Both the position numbers and the translations under genes were made by a program. A DNA stretch of 64,000 nt from Prochlorococcus sp. AG-409-D09 (GTDB taxonomy: Bacteria > Cyanobacteriota > Cyanobacteriia > PCC-6307 > Cyanobiaceae), in NCBI GenBank assembly GCA_003215935.1, contig QCJQ01000001.1, forward strand, positions 11,731 to 75,730, in the 5' to 3' direction. The notes beneath the pieces are model-generated. The model was not told the origin of the DNA and searched no databases. It saw only the letters and a program-made list of their open reading frames with translations. Positions 51,668 through 61,913 of this stretch are shown here, one piece after another; the stretch's first letter is position 1; each line of letters begins with the position of its first letter.

Positions 51668-53731
51668 TTGGCGACGAAATTTTCAATTACCTTTTGTTTA
51701 GGGTTAATTCCTATTGGTTTCTTCTCCCTTATGCCTTTATCGGCAAAGGGGGAGAATGCTTTTAATGCTTCCCCTAAAAAGGAAGTATTTTCGTATGATT
51801 TGCAAGAGTATTTTATTACTTCTTCTAAGTTCTCAACCATTGAGGATGATAATTTAGATAGTAAAGATGAATTGTCTAATGAAAAATTAAATCAACAAAT
51901 AGAATCATTAAGGATTATTGCTGATAGACAATATGATCTAAACCAAAATATTTTTATTGCTGAAGGAAATGTTAGTGCTTACTTAAATGGTGGAGTATTA
52001 ATGGCAGATAGGTTGGAATTTAATAAAATTAATAATACAGTTGAAGCTAAAGGAGAAATTAGATTTAAAAGAGGTTATCAATACTTGAGAGCGAATTCAT
52101 TATTTTATAATTTAAATGAACAGAAAGGTTTTATTTCAGATGTTTATGGAATCTTAGATATTGAATATTTATCTCAGGATTTAAAAGTACTTAACAAAAA
52201 TAGGCAATCTCTAAAATCGAAGGGATCAAGACAAGAAGGGGATATTAAAGATCTAGAGTTGCAAGATGGCTATTATTTTAAAATAGGAAATATTCCTTCT
52301 AAAGTTAATCAAATCACTAAAGTTAATCGGCTTACTGGTTCTATAAGTAGATGGAGAATAGAAGCCCCATTGATCGAAATTTCTTCAAGGGGATGGACTG
52401 CTAAAAAAATGAAATTTACTAATGACCCTTTTAGTCCTTCTCAAACTAGGATCGAAGCCGAAAATGTTATAGCTAAAGAAGATTTAGTTGATGGTTCTAC
52501 AACGATTACAGCTGAAAAGAGTGTCTTAAGTTTGTCAGATTCTGTTAAGGTTCCCGGAGGAAAAAGATTTGGCTCTAAAAAGAAAAAATCTTTATGGAAA
52601 TATGAAATTGATTCAAAAGATAGAGATGGTTTATTTGTATCTCGAATTTTAGATCCTATATATCAGGACTCGAAGTATAAGTTCTCAATTCAACCTCAGT
52701 TTTTGATTCAAAGGTCTATTTTAGGTGAAAATAATAGTTATAAAGATAGCAAAGCATCTGTTATTAGTGATTCTATTAAGCATCCAAACTCTATGACAGA
52801 CTTGTTTGGCTCGTTAATTGATTTTGAGGCTAATTATGATAACTGGGAGATAGATTTTCTTGCAGATATAAGTACTTTTAATTATGAAAGGATATTGGAT
52901 GGGACTAGATTTAGAGGTGATGTAATACGATCAGTCGACTTCCCAGTATTAGGGGAATCAAAACTTGATTTTTTCCATGCTTACAGGAGTAAAGCTTGGA
53001 ATGGTTCTCTAGGACAAACGAATATATATTCTGCTTCTGGAGTCTTTTTAATTAAAGAAGGATCATCTCAATATTCAAATTTATCAGATAACTACAAGCT
53101 TGCTTTTGGACTGGCAAATTATCAAGCAGAAGCATTTTCAGAGAAGAAATTACTTATGAATTGGAGAACAAGTGCCTATACAGAATTTACTAGAAAGTAT
53201 CATTTATGGAGAGGTGAAAATGTAAGATTAGATGATAATCATGCTTATAGATATTCCCCTGTTCCAATTTACCCAGAAGTGAACTTTAATACAAAGTTAA
53301 TAACATCTCACTTTATTTATGAAGAAGGTTCTTATCAGTCAGTCTTTGGACTCAGTCTTGGCCCTGAAATAATATATGGAAGACTTGAAAGACCATTTTT
53401 TGATTATACGAAGATTACGATAATGCCAGGTTTTAAGCTTAAATCTGGTGATAGTCCATACAGATTCGATAGAGCTGTAGATCTTAAAAATTTAGAGATT
53501 GAATTAACCCAGCAAATTTATGGACCTTTACTGTTAAAGGGTGGATTTAGTTTGAATATAGATTCAAAATCAGATAATTATGGAAATTTTTCTGATCAAA
53601 AATATTCATTGCTTTATCAAAAAAGGTCTTATGATTTTGAGATTTTTTATAGCCCATATCAAGAGTCTGGAGGATTTATATTTAGAATGAATGGATTTAA
53701 TTTTAATGGAACTGGAAGTTCTTCTTTTTAG
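51668..53731 (+). CDS. LptD/OstA-like outer-membrane protein (OstA-type N-terminal domain plus a large beta-rich C-terminal region; TTG start)
   Basis: 687 aa. A signal-like N-terminus is followed by FIAEGNVSAYLNGGVLMADRLEFNKINNTVEAKGEIRF, the OstA/LptA fold pattern. The rest is aromatic and beta-rich and ends in F. Confidence 0.65.
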   Translation: MATKFSITFCLGLIPIGFFSLMPLSAKGENAFNASPKKEVFSYDLQEYFITSSKFSTIEDDNLDSKDELSNEKLNQQIESLRIIADRQYDLNQNIFIAEGNVSAYLNGGVLMADRLEFNKINNTVEAKGEIRFKRGYQYLRANSLFYNLNEQKGFISDVYGILDIEYLSQDLKVLNKNRQSLKSKGSRQEGDIKDLELQDGYYFKIGNIPSKVNQITKVNRLTGSISRWRIEAPLIEISSRGWTAKKMKFTNDPFSPSQTRIEAENVIAKEDLVDGSTTITAEKSVLSLSDSVKVPGGKRFGSKKKKSLWKYEIDSKDRDGLFVSRILDPIYQDSKYKFSIQPQFLIQRSILGENNSYKDSKASVISDSIKHPNSMTDLFGSLIDFEANYDNWEIDFLADISTFNYERILDGTRFRGDVIRSVDFPVLGESKLDFFHAYRSKAWNGSLGQTNIYSASGVFLIKEGSSQYSNLSDNYKLAFGLANYQAEAFSEKKLLMNWRTSAYTEFTRKYHLWRGENVRLDDNHAYRYSPVPIYPEVNFNTKLITSHFIYEEGSYQSVFGLSLGPEIIYGRLERPFFDYTKITIMPGFKLKSGDSPYRFDRAVDLKNLEIELTQQIYGPLLLKGGFSLNIDSKSDNYGNFSDQKYSLLYQKRSYDFEIFYSPYQESGGFIFRMNGFNFNGTGSSSF

Positions 53732-53758
53732 ATGATAGTTTTTGAGTATATAATTAAA

Positions 53759-54370
53759 CTATTTAAAATTTTTTATGTAAGGTAATTTATACATAACTTC
53801 TGTTAATTTTTTTTCTTGTGCAATTAGTTGAGAGGTTGCATCCCATTTGCCTGATAAAAGCATTTCTAAAGGACCTTTTTCTATAGATATCGACCAAGAT
53901 TCTTTGGGGCTTTGAATGGTTTTTTGTTGAAGATCTAATATCCAGTTCATTTTGTTATTACTTTCTACACTTGCTTGAATTGTCTTAATTTTACTTGAAG
54001 GTGCAATAGCGCAGGGGATTCCTAATGCTAGACAGTTGCCATAAAATATTTCTGCAAAACTTTGTCCAATAATCCCTCTAATGCCCCATCTCATAAGTGC
54101 TTGAGGAGCATGCTCCCGACTGGATCCACAGCCAAAATTATCATTAACAATTAATATTGATGCACCTTGGTTATGGTTTTTGTCAAAAGGATGATTACCA
54201 GTTAATTCAATTCTGTCATCAGCAAAAACTTGTTCTCCAAGCGAATTAAAATTTACACACTTAAGAAATCGAGCAGGGATGATCCTGTCAGTATCTATAT
54301 CATCCCCTTTAAGGACAATACATTTACCTGTGACTTTGGAAATTTTTCCATTCGGGAAGTTTGTTTTCAT
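53759..54370 (-). CDS. leuD: 3-isopropylmalate dehydratase small subunit
   Basis: 203 aa. [14 protein letters not shown] and [15 protein letters not shown] motifs. 4-nt overlap with leuC. Confidence 0.95.
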   Translation of the reverse strand: MKTNFPNGKISKVTGKCIVLKGDDIDTDRIIPARFLKCVNFNSLGEQVFADDRIELTGNHPFDKNHNQGASILIVNDNFGCGSSREHAPQALMRWGIRGIIGQSFAEIFYGNCLALGIPCAIAPSSKIKTIQASVESNNKMNWILDLQQKTIQSPKESWSISIEKGPLEMLLSGKWDATSQLIAQEKKLTEVMYKLPYIKNFK

Positions 54371-55785
54371 AATTGATTTTCATTAATTATTTTTCTTACA
54401 TCAGTCACTTTTCCGTTTATAGCTGCAGCAGCAACCATCGCTGGACTCATTAAGAGCGTTCTTCCGCTTGAGGATCCTTGTCTTCCTTTGAAATTGCGAT
54501 TGCTTGAACTCGCACTAATTTGTCGACCTTCTAATTTATCTGGATTCATTGCTAGACACATGGAGCAGCCTGGCTCTCTCCACTCAAATCCAGCTTCCAC
54601 AAAAATATTATCTAATCCTTCATCTTTTGCTGCTTTTGCTACTTGCTCTGAACCTGGCACCACGAACGCTTTGATTCCTTTTGCTACTTTCCTTCCTTTT
54701 GCAATTTGAGCAGCTGCTTGAAGATCGCTTAATCTCCCATTAGTGCAACTGCCTATAAAACAAACATCTATTTCAACTCCTTGAATTGGAGTGCCAGGTT
54801 GTAATTGCATATAGGAATAGGCTTCTTTTGCAATAGGTCGATCGCTCTCTTGAAGCGATTCTGGGAAAGGAATTGATTCGTTTATTGAAAGTCCCTGTCC
54901 AGGAGTTATTCCCCATGTCACTGTGGGTGTGATTTGGCTTGCATCAAATAGGACTTCATCATCAAATTTTGCATTTTTGTCGGTACATAAGCTTTCCCAC
55001 CATTTGATAGCTTTTCCCCATTCTTTCTCGTCAGGTGCATTAGGTTTGCCTTTTAAATAAGAAAAAGTTGTTTCATCAGGATTGATATATCCACATCTAG
55101 CACCGCCTTCTATTGCCATATTGCAAATTGTCATCCTTTCTTCCATGGAGAGTGCATGTATCGCAGGCCCTGAAAATTCATATGCAAATCCAACACCTCC
55201 TTTAACACCAAGTTTTCTTATGGCATGAAGAATGAGATCTTTAGCATAAACACCTTTATTTAGTTGACCATCAAACCAAAGACGCCGAACTTTTAATTTG
55301 TTCATTGCAATGCTTTGGCTTGCAAGCACATCTCTTACTTGACTTGTGCCTATCCCAAAAGCGATCGCTCCAAATGCTCCATGAGTAGAGGTATGAGAGT
55401 CTCCACATGCAACGGTCATTCCTGGTTGTGTAAGGCCTAACTCCGGAGCCATTACATGTACAACACCTTGGTTCCCACTCCCAATACCATGGAGAGTGAT
55501 TTTATGTTTTTTACAATTCTTTTCTAGTGTTGCAAGCATTTCCTCCGCAAGAGGATCTGAAAATGGTCTTTTTTGGCTAATAGTAGGAACAATATGATCA
55601 ACAGTTGCAATAGTTCTTTCTTGACAGCGAACAGTCAAATTTTTTTCTTCAAGTGCCGCAAAGGCCTGTGGACTTGTCACTTCATGTATTAAATGAAGTC
55701 CAACAAATAACTGAGTTGATCCACCAGGAAGATCTGTAACCCGATGTAAATCCCAAACTTTGTCGTAGAGCGTTCCGATGCTCAA
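54367..55785 (-). CDS. leuC: 3-isopropylmalate dehydratase large subunit
   Basis: 472 aa. [33 protein letters not shown] and [11 protein letters not shown] motifs. Confidence 0.96.
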   Translation of the reverse strand: MSIGTLYDKVWDLHRVTDLPGGSTQLFVGLHLIHEVTSPQAFAALEEKNLTVRCQERTIATVDHIVPTISQKRPFSDPLAEEMLATLEKNCKKHKITLHGIGSGNQGVVHVMAPELGLTQPGMTVACGDSHTSTHGAFGAIAFGIGTSQVRDVLASQSIAMNKLKVRRLWFDGQLNKGVYAKDLILHAIRKLGVKGGVGFAYEFSGPAIHALSMEERMTICNMAIEGGARCGYINPDETTFSYLKGKPNAPDEKEWGKAIKWWESLCTDKNAKFDDEVLFDASQITPTVTWGITPGQGLSINESIPFPESLQESDRPIAKEAYSYMQLQPGTPIQGVEIDVCFIGSCTNGRLSDLQAAAQIAKGRKVAKGIKAFVVPGSEQVAKAAKDEGLDNIFVEAGFEWREPGCSMCLAMNPDKLEGRQISASSSNRNFKGRQGSSSGRTLLMSPAMVAAAAINGKVTDVRKIINENQL

Positions 55786-55810
55786 TTTTTCAATTCAATT
55801 GAAGATGACC

Positions 55811-57091
55811 TTAGCTCGTCTTGAGGAGTAATAAACGTAATAAATCTAGTCCTTTTAAAACACTCAATTTTTGAATTGCATTTCTACTCTTATGTTTTCC
55901 AAAAAGTTCTTTGCTACAAACTTCAATATCAGGTCCAGTCACACTGAAATGTACTAAACCAATAGGTTTCTCTATGCTTCCTCCAGTTGGCCCAGCTATG
56001 CCACTTACTGCAATAACCCAATCAGCATTAAATCTCTTTTTTGCTCCATGAGACATTGATTGCACTACTTCATTCGATACAGCCCCATATTCCAATAAAA
56101 GATTTTTGGGAACACCAAGTAATCTTTCTTTTATAAAATTGTTGTATGAAATGATTCCACCTAAAAAGACATCTGAACAACCAGAAATTTGACTAATAGC
56201 ATTGCCAATACCTCCACCTGTGCAAGATTCTGCTAATGCCAGGGTTTCTCCCCTTTTTCTTAAAAGATTAATTACAACAGATGCTAAAGAATCATTGCCA
56301 TGACCAAAATAATTATCCTTAGTAAAGCTAATTATTTCTTTTTCAATAGGATCTATTAGTTTATTAGCTGTATGATTATTTTCTGCTTTTGCTGTAACTC
56401 TTAATTTAACTTCCCCAAGAGATGCGTAAGGCGCAATCGTGGGATTCTCTTTATGCATTAAATGTTTTATTCTTTCAGAAAGTGATGTTTCACTTATGCC
56501 AGTGAAATGCAATATCTTGCTTTTAATTATTCCCTTATTAAATGATTTCTTTTTAAACCAATTCATTCCATCTTGATGCCACATATCTTTTAACTCTGAA
56601 GGGACTCCTGGGAAAGTTAGGATTGTAAAATTAACTATTGGTGTCCATATAATACCAGGTGCTGTTCCTGTGTTATTAGTGATAACTTTAGCTCCAATTG
56701 GTATTGAAGATTGTTTTCTTATGCTGCTTATAGCGCTATTAGAATTGCCTTTTATTTTCTGTTTTAAGGATTTAGACAGTTCTTTATTTTCTTTAAGTGG
56801 TGTATTAAATGTTGCGCCTATTGCTTCATGAGTTAAATCATCATAGGTAGGACCTAAACCTCCTGTTATTATAAGAATTCTAGATCTTTTAGATGCTTGA
56901 AGAATTGCATATTTTATTCGATTGATATTATCTCCAACAACAGTTTGTTGATAATGAGGTAGGCCTAGTGATGCTAATTCTTCAGCAATCCACTTTGCAT
57001 TGCTATTTAGAATATTTCCTAGGAGTAGTTCGCTGCCAATACAAAGAATTTCAACAGAAGTCGAATTTATTTTATTTTTTAAGTCTTCCAT
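55811..57091 (-). CDS. cinA: CinA-family protein (MoCF-binding domain plus nicotinamide-nucleotide amidase domain)
   Basis: 426 aa. [27 protein letters not shown]...[13 protein letters not shown]...[10 protein letters not shown]. Confidence 0.9.
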   Translation of the reverse strand: MEDLKNKINSTSVEILCIGSELLLGNILNSNAKWIAEELASLGLPHYQQTVVGDNINRIKYAILQASKRSRILIITGGLGPTYDDLTHEAIGATFNTPLKENKELSKSLKQKIKGNSNSAISSIRKQSSIPIGAKVITNNTGTAPGIIWTPIVNFTILTFPGVPSELKDMWHQDGMNWFKKKSFNKGIIKSKILHFTGISETSLSERIKHLMHKENPTIAPYASLGEVKLRVTAKAENNHTANKLIDPIEKEIISFTKDNYFGHGNDSLASVVINLLRKRGETLALAESCTGGGIGNAISQISGCSDVFLGGIISYNNFIKERLLGVPKNLLLEYGAVSNEVVQSMSHGAKKRFNADWVIAVSGIAGPTGGSIEKPIGLVHFSVTGPDIEVCSKELFGKHKSRNAIQKLSVLKGLDLLRLLLLKTS

Positions 57092-58334
57092 ATAAAGGAT
57101 ATTTAATACATAAAGATTCTACCCTTTGTTTACATTTTTCTTTTATTGATAAATCTTCTGGGTTTAAAAGACAGTCTGCAATTATTTCTGCTACTTCAAT
57201 AAAAGCTCTTTCATTAAACCCTCGAGTTGTTAATGCGGCAGTTCCTAGTCTTAGTCCACTAGTTATAAAAGGAGATTCTGGGTCAAATGGAACAGTATTT
57301 TTATTTGCAGTTATATTTACTTCGCTAACTAATTGATCTGCAATCTTACCTGTCATGCCAATACTTCGAAGATCAAGTAAAATAATATGATTGTCTGTAC
57401 CTTTGCTAACAATAGAAATTCCTAATTCTTGAAGGCGTTGAGCTAATACTTTTGCATTAGAAACCACTGCTTGGCTATATGAGACAAAGCTTTCTTTTAG
57501 AGCTTCTCCGAATGCAACAGCTTTCGCCGCAATCACATGCTCTAAAGGACCTCCTTGGGTGCCTGGAAAAACAGCTTTATCGAATCTTTTCCCGAACTCT
57601 TTATCCCTACAGAGAATTAGACCGCCTCTAGGTCCTCTTAGGGTTTTGTGCGTAGTTGTAGTTACAACATCACAGTATTGGATTGGATTGGGATGAATAC
57701 CTGCTGCAACAAGTCCAGCAATATGAGCGATATCGGCAAGCAGATAGGCTCCTACTTCATCTGCAATCGATCTAAATGCAGCAAAATTAATTTCTCTTGG
57801 ATAAGCGGAATAGCCACAAATAATTAATTTTGGTTGATTATCTAAAGCTAATTTTCTAATTGAATCCATATCTAATCTTTCAGTTTTTTTATCTACTCCG
57901 TAATGACATGTTTCAAACCATTTGCCGCTGACGTTCACAGGTGAGCCATGTGTCAGATGTCCACCATGGGATAAATCCATTCCCATGATCTTTTCACCGG
58001 GCTTTAAAAGGCTTAAAAAGACTGCAAAATTAGCTTGAGCTCCGCTATGAGGTTGAACATTTGCCCATTCAGCACTGAATAGCTTTTTAGCTCTATTGAT
58101 TGCTATTTCTTCAATCTCATCAATATATTCGCAGCCACCGTAATAACGTTTATGTGGAAGGCCCTCCGCATATTTATTTGTGAGAACTGACCCTTGTGCT
58201 TGCATTACAGCATTTGAGACAAAATTCTCACTAGCTATAAGTTCTAAATGTGTTTCTTGTCTGTTTAATTCTTTATCAATTAAACCTGATATCAATTGAT
58301 CTTCAGTATTCAAGTCATTATTGATCTTCGACAA
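57072..58334 (-). CDS. glyA: Serine hydroxymethyltransferase; start uncertain
   Basis: [17 protein letters not shown] and [13 protein letters not shown] motifs. The ORF is open to a TTG at 58379. An internal TTG at 58332-58334 is preceded by AGGAGAGGG and gives a normal-length N-terminus. Confidence 0.93.
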   Translation of the reverse strand: MSKINNDLNTEDQLISGLIDKELNRQETHLELIASENFVSNAVMQAQGSVLTNKYAEGLPHKRYYGGCEYIDEIEEIAINRAKKLFSAEWANVQPHSGAQANFAVFLSLLKPGEKIMGMDLSHGGHLTHGSPVNVSGKWFETCHYGVDKKTERLDMDSIRKLALDNQPKLIICGYSAYPREINFAAFRSIADEVGAYLLADIAHIAGLVAAGIHPNPIQYCDVVTTTTHKTLRGPRGGLILCRDKEFGKRFDKAVFPGTQGGPLEHVIAAKAVAFGEALKESFVSYSQAVVSNAKVLAQRLQELGISIVSKGTDNHIILLDLRSIGMTGKIADQLVSEVNITANKNTVPFDPESPFITSGLRLGTAALTTRGFNERAFIEVAEIIADCLLNPEDLSIKEKCKQRVESLCIKYPLYGRLKK

Positions 58335-58455
58335 GAACCCTCTCCTGCTTTTTTGTAGAACCAATGAGATGCTAGTCAACTGAGACAGTATCTGGGTATG
58401 AGGTTTATTTATTTTGTTGTTTTGCTATTAGAAGTCGTCAGCTTTTAATTATGGA

Positions 58456-58529
58456 CGCGCCTGGAGAGATTCGAACTCCCGACCCTCTGATCCGTAGTCA
58501 GATGCTCTAATCCGCTGAGCTACAGGCGC
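58456..58529 (-). tRNA. tRNA-Arg (anticodon ACG)
   Basis: The reverse complement is GCGCCTGTAGCTCAGCGGATTAGAGCATCTGACTACGGATCAGAGGGTCGGGAGTTCGAATCTCTCCAGGCGCG. Anticodon stem TCTGA/TCAGA with loop CT-ACG-GA. Confidence 0.93.
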
Positions 58530-58728
58530 ATTAAAATCAATATCAGCCTACTAAGGGTTACTTCGTCAACTATGTTGATGTGTTTTAAATCAAAAGCAAT
58601 GAAATAGAATCTGTGAAATTAATTCTGGTGCAATTTGTTTTTGCTTTGAAAAGATCTTTTTCAAAAGTTTTGTAAATCTTTTTGATTCAACACATATCAG
58701 TTGAAACAGTTTTCAGAATTAATTATCC

Positions 58729-59031
58729 GTGGTGAATTTTATGAAGCTTAGTCCAAATCAGATTAGAGATCTAGAAGTTTCTATTGCAGATCGAATTTAC
58801 TTGCAGGTTGGCAAATGGAACCTTTATTTGGGAGATGCTGGTTTAGCAAAGGAATTGGCAATTGAATGCCAAGCTCATTTGGAACAGGGAGGAGATATAG
58901 CTGCAAGAAAGGCTTTGGAAGCTGTTCAAGTCGAATTAGGAGGTGGTTCTTCTCGGTTGCCCTTAGCTCGATTAATTCCACCAAGTCAAATTTTTGATTT
59001 GGAAGAGATTTTGGCCCCCTACTCAAGATAA
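58729..59031 (+). CDS. Hypothetical small protein (conserved-looking; possibly starts at the second Met, MKLSPNQ)
   Basis: 100-aa ORF with plausible composition. No motif recognised. Confidence 0.5.
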   Translation: MVNFMKLSPNQIRDLEVSIADRIYLQVGKWNLYLGDAGLAKELAIECQAHLEQGGDIAARKALEAVQVELGGGSSRLPLARLIPPSQIFDLEEILAPYSR

Positions 59032-59056
59032 GGTTGCTTTTACTTGCTTAGTTGGG

Positions 59057-59320
59057 TTGTTAATTATTGAAGTCACTAATGCTCGAGAAGTTGTTCGCCA
59101 GCGGATTGGGCGCCTAGGAGAAAGATTAATTGGAAAAGTTGTTGATGCGGAAGCACAGGTCGAAAAAGAATTAATTAAGGAAATGGAAACGGCTTTCCAA
59201 GAATTTGGAATTGAAGCAAGAATAATTTCTACTCAAGGTTTGAAGTTAGATGGAAATAACTCATTAGAAGTTCCTTTAAACATCAGAACTGAAAGGGATA
59301 TATATCTTAAGGGAGAATAA
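59057..59320 (+). CDS. Hypothetical small protein; start uncertain (ATG at 58994 or TTG at 59057)
   Basis: The frame is open from 58994, which overlaps the upstream ORF by 38 nt. The TTG at 59057 avoids that overlap. The 3' end overlaps convergent murJ by 14 nt. Confidence 0.4.
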   Translation: MLIIEVTNAREVVRQRIGRLGERLIGKVVDAEAQVEKELIKEMETAFQEFGIEARIISTQGLKLDGNNSLEVPLNIRTERDIYLKGE

Positions 59321-60926
59321 TTTTGCCTTTAAAAATATTTTTGAGATCTTTAATTTCTTTAATGCCTAATAGATTCGTTGTTAAAAAGAAAATTAATATT
59401 AATAATGCTGATAATAGAATAGTCTTAAAAAGTAAACCTATAAAATCTACCTGCAAATTCATATAGATACTTATTCGCGAGATAAATATACTAGAGAATA
59501 TGGCTGCAAGTGTTAATTTTAAATTATCAGATAGTATATTCCTTATTGAGAAATCTTTTACTTTTTTAGTTAATTCTACTAACAGTATTAAACAACTTAA
59601 TAAATTTATACTTGCTGTAGCGTAAACAAGTCCTGGAGCTCCAAAATTAAAAGGAGATACTTCTCCCCAAGGACTAGGACCTCCAATAAATATCCAATCC
59701 AAAATAATATTTAAAATAATTCCTAGGGAAGATATTTTAAGAGTTTTTTTTGCATCATTTAGTACATAAAATATCCTAACTAATAAATCTCTTGCTAAGT
59801 ATGCAGGCATTCCTACTCCATATGCTATTAATAATTTACTAACAAGGTCTATAGCCTGGAAATCGAATTCTCCTCTCCCATAAAATATCATTGTTATTGG
59901 TCTTGAGAGTGAAAGAAATAATGATCCAAGGCAAAACATAGTTATAGATGAAAACATTAATCCCTGGCGAATCTTTAATATTAATTTTGAGTGATCTTTT
60001 TGGATTGAGAGTTTAGAAAATATTGGTAATAAGGGAATTACTAATGAGTTTGATATTATTCCTAAAGGAGCTTGAATTAAGAATGTTGCATACCCAAGTC
60101 CTGCAGCAGCCCCCTCAATATTTGATGCAAAGAATAGATCTGTAAAAACATTAAATTGCAACATTCCAGAAGCGATCGTTGCTGGAGCAATGATTGAGAA
60201 TACTTCTTTTACTCCAGGATGCTTTATATCTATTTTGAATTTAAATATCTTATTTTCTATTAATTTTGGTAATTGGACTAACCATTGAGTTATTGCACCA
60301 ATTAAAGTGGCGATTGCAAGAATTATCCCACCTTTCATGATTAGTTCATTTGAATTTATTGCTTGATTATTAGATAGCCAAAAAAAGATTGTTAATGCTA
60401 TTATTGGTATACTGGAAAATATTGGCGATAATGATGGTATTAGGAATTCATTGACTATATTTAAAGATCCAAAATTAAGACCAATTAAACCTGAGAATAA
60501 TATAATAGGCGACATAATTCTTAGTTGTATTGTAGCTAGCTTGTGAGCAATTTCTTCTAGTCCTGGAGCAGTTATAAATATTATTGAATCAGCTAAAAAG
60601 AAGATAATTATACTGATGATTAATAGTAGTAAAGTTACTATCAGATGAACTGTATTAATGATAACTTTATTTTCATTTGACTCCTTTTTACTTAAAACAG
60701 TTACTATTGCATTATGAAATGGGCCATTTACGCCGCCTAGTAAAACTAAAAAGAAACCTGGGAGTATGTAAGCGTAGTTATAAGCATCGTAAGAAATACC
60801 TATGCCGAAAATTCCTGCAAGAACAAATTGTCTTATGAATCCAACTAATTTACTTAATATAGTTCCAAGTGAAATAGTAAGAGCAATTTTTTTGATTGAT
60901 TTGATCATTTTTTGCTCTTGATACAA
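59307..60926 (-). CDS. murJ: Lipid II flippase MurJ/MviN
   Basis: 539 aa with about 14 TM segments. The N-terminus ...LGTILSKLVGFIRQFVLAGIFGIGISYDAYNYAY is typical of MurJ. Confidence 0.88.
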   Translation of the reverse strand: MYQEQKMIKSIKKIALTISLGTILSKLVGFIRQFVLAGIFGIGISYDAYNYAYILPGFFLVLLGGVNGPFHNAIVTVLSKKESNENKVIINTVHLIVTLLLLIISIIIFFLADSIIFITAPGLEEIAHKLATIQLRIMSPIILFSGLIGLNFGSLNIVNEFLIPSLSPIFSSIPIIALTIFFWLSNNQAINSNELIMKGGIILAIATLIGAITQWLVQLPKLIENKIFKFKIDIKHPGVKEVFSIIAPATIASGMLQFNVFTDLFFASNIEGAAAGLGYATFLIQAPLGIISNSLVIPLLPIFSKLSIQKDHSKLILKIRQGLMFSSITMFCLGSLFLSLSRPITMIFYGRGEFDFQAIDLVSKLLIAYGVGMPAYLARDLLVRIFYVLNDAKKTLKISSLGIILNIILDWIFIGGPSPWGEVSPFNFGAPGLVYATASINLLSCLILLVELTKKVKDFSIRNILSDNLKLTLAAIFSSIFISRISIYMNLQVDFIGLLFKTILLSALLILIFFLTTNLLGIKEIKDLKNIFKGKIILP

Positions 60927-60990
60927 TTTCTTTTTGGATTAAAATTTTTCATTCGAATACTTACACACATCGTAAAAGCATTTTTGATTA

Positions 60991-61749
60991 ATGAAAGGTC
61001 AATCAATTCTTCAATTTCCTCGTTTGCATGAAGGGATTTTGATTAAGAGGTATAAGAGATTCTTGGCAGATGTAGAGCTTTTAGATGGTGAAATAGTTAC
61101 CACTCATTGTGCAAATACTGGTCCTATGAAAGGAGTTTTACATATAGGAGGCAAGGTTCGATTGAAATTTTGTCCTTCACCTAAAAGAAAATTAGACTGG
61201 TCGTGGGAACAAGCTCAGGTTCCATCTGGGTTGAACAATTCTTGTTGGGTTGGAGTAAATACTGCTTTACCTAATAAAATTATTAGATTAGCTATTGAAG
61301 CAGGTTTTTTAAATAGACAATTAGGAAATATTGAAAGTATTAGGGGAGAAGTCTCGTATGGATCTGAAAAGAAAAGTAGAATTGATTTATTATTAAAACC
61401 AGATATAGATAATGTAGATCAAAGGTTTATTTACATTGAGGTGAAAAATACGACTTGGAAAGAAGGAGATGTAGCTATTTTTCCTGATACTATTACGACT
61501 AGGGGGCAAAAACATTTAAAAGAATTGATGGAAATAATGCCTAATTCAAAAAGTGTTCTTGTTCCTTGTCTGAGTAGAAATGATGTGCAATTTTTTGCTC
61601 CAGGAGATAGTGCAGATCCCAAGTATGGAGAACTTTTTAGGAGTGCTTTAAGTCAAGGGTTAGAGGTTATTCCTTGCTGCTTTGGGTTTCATGCAGATCA
61701 TATTAGCTGGGAAGGAATTCGACCAGTACGAAACTATATGCATGATTAA
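60991..61749 (+). CDS. sfsA: SfsA-family (sugar fermentation stimulation protein A-like) nuclease-fold protein
   Basis: 252 aa. GILIKRYKRFLADVEL.DGE.VT.HCANTGPM...YIEVKNTT...FPDTITTRGQKHL. Confidence 0.9.
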   Translation: MKGQSILQFPRLHEGILIKRYKRFLADVELLDGEIVTTHCANTGPMKGVLHIGGKVRLKFCPSPKRKLDWSWEQAQVPSGLNNSCWVGVNTALPNKIIRLAIEAGFLNRQLGNIESIRGEVSYGSEKKSRIDLLLKPDIDNVDQRFIYIEVKNTTWKEGDVAIFPDTITTRGQKHLKELMEIMPNSKSVLVPCLSRNDVQFFAPGDSADPKYGELFRSALSQGLEVIPCCFGFHADHISWEGIRPVRNYMHD

Positions 61750-61779
61750 TCAGCAATCTTTAACATTTTTGATTTTTTA

Positions 61780-61793
61780 GTATCACTTGCTAC
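61780..61793 (+). promoter_or_regulatory. NtcA-binding box (perfect GTA-N8-TAC), distal site upstream of amt1
   Basis: GTATCACTTGCTAC read directly from the sequence. It lies 121 nt upstream of the amt1 ATG at 61914. Confidence 0.6.
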
Positions 61794-61818
61794 AAAAAAA
61801 GATATTCAATCTAGTTTT

Positions 61819-61832
61819 GTATCAACACGTAC
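61819..61832 (+). promoter_or_regulatory. NtcA-binding box (perfect GTA-N8-TAC), proximal site upstream of amt1
   Basis: GTATCAACACGTAC, followed after 22 nt by a -10-like CATATT (61855-61860). This is the geometry of NtcA-activated class II promoters. Confidence 0.65.
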
Positions 61833-61913
61833 TTTTTTGATTTCTAACTTTGAACATATTTGTAGTTATAAATTGAGCTTTAGCTCTTTCAATTTCCGTT
61901 TTTGCAATTCTTT

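Noticed and set aside
55355-55365. Single GCGATCGC (HIP1-like) octamer inside leuC
   Set aside because: I noticed only this one occurrence, which is not the over-representation seen in HIP1-containing cyanobacteria. It has no significance on its own.
58640-58690. AT-only hairpin TTTGAAAA-GATCT-TTTTCAAA upstream of the 58729 ORF
   Set aside because: It consists only of A:T pairs, would be marginally stable, and has no gene context requiring a terminator. It is probably chance symmetry in AT-rich DNA.
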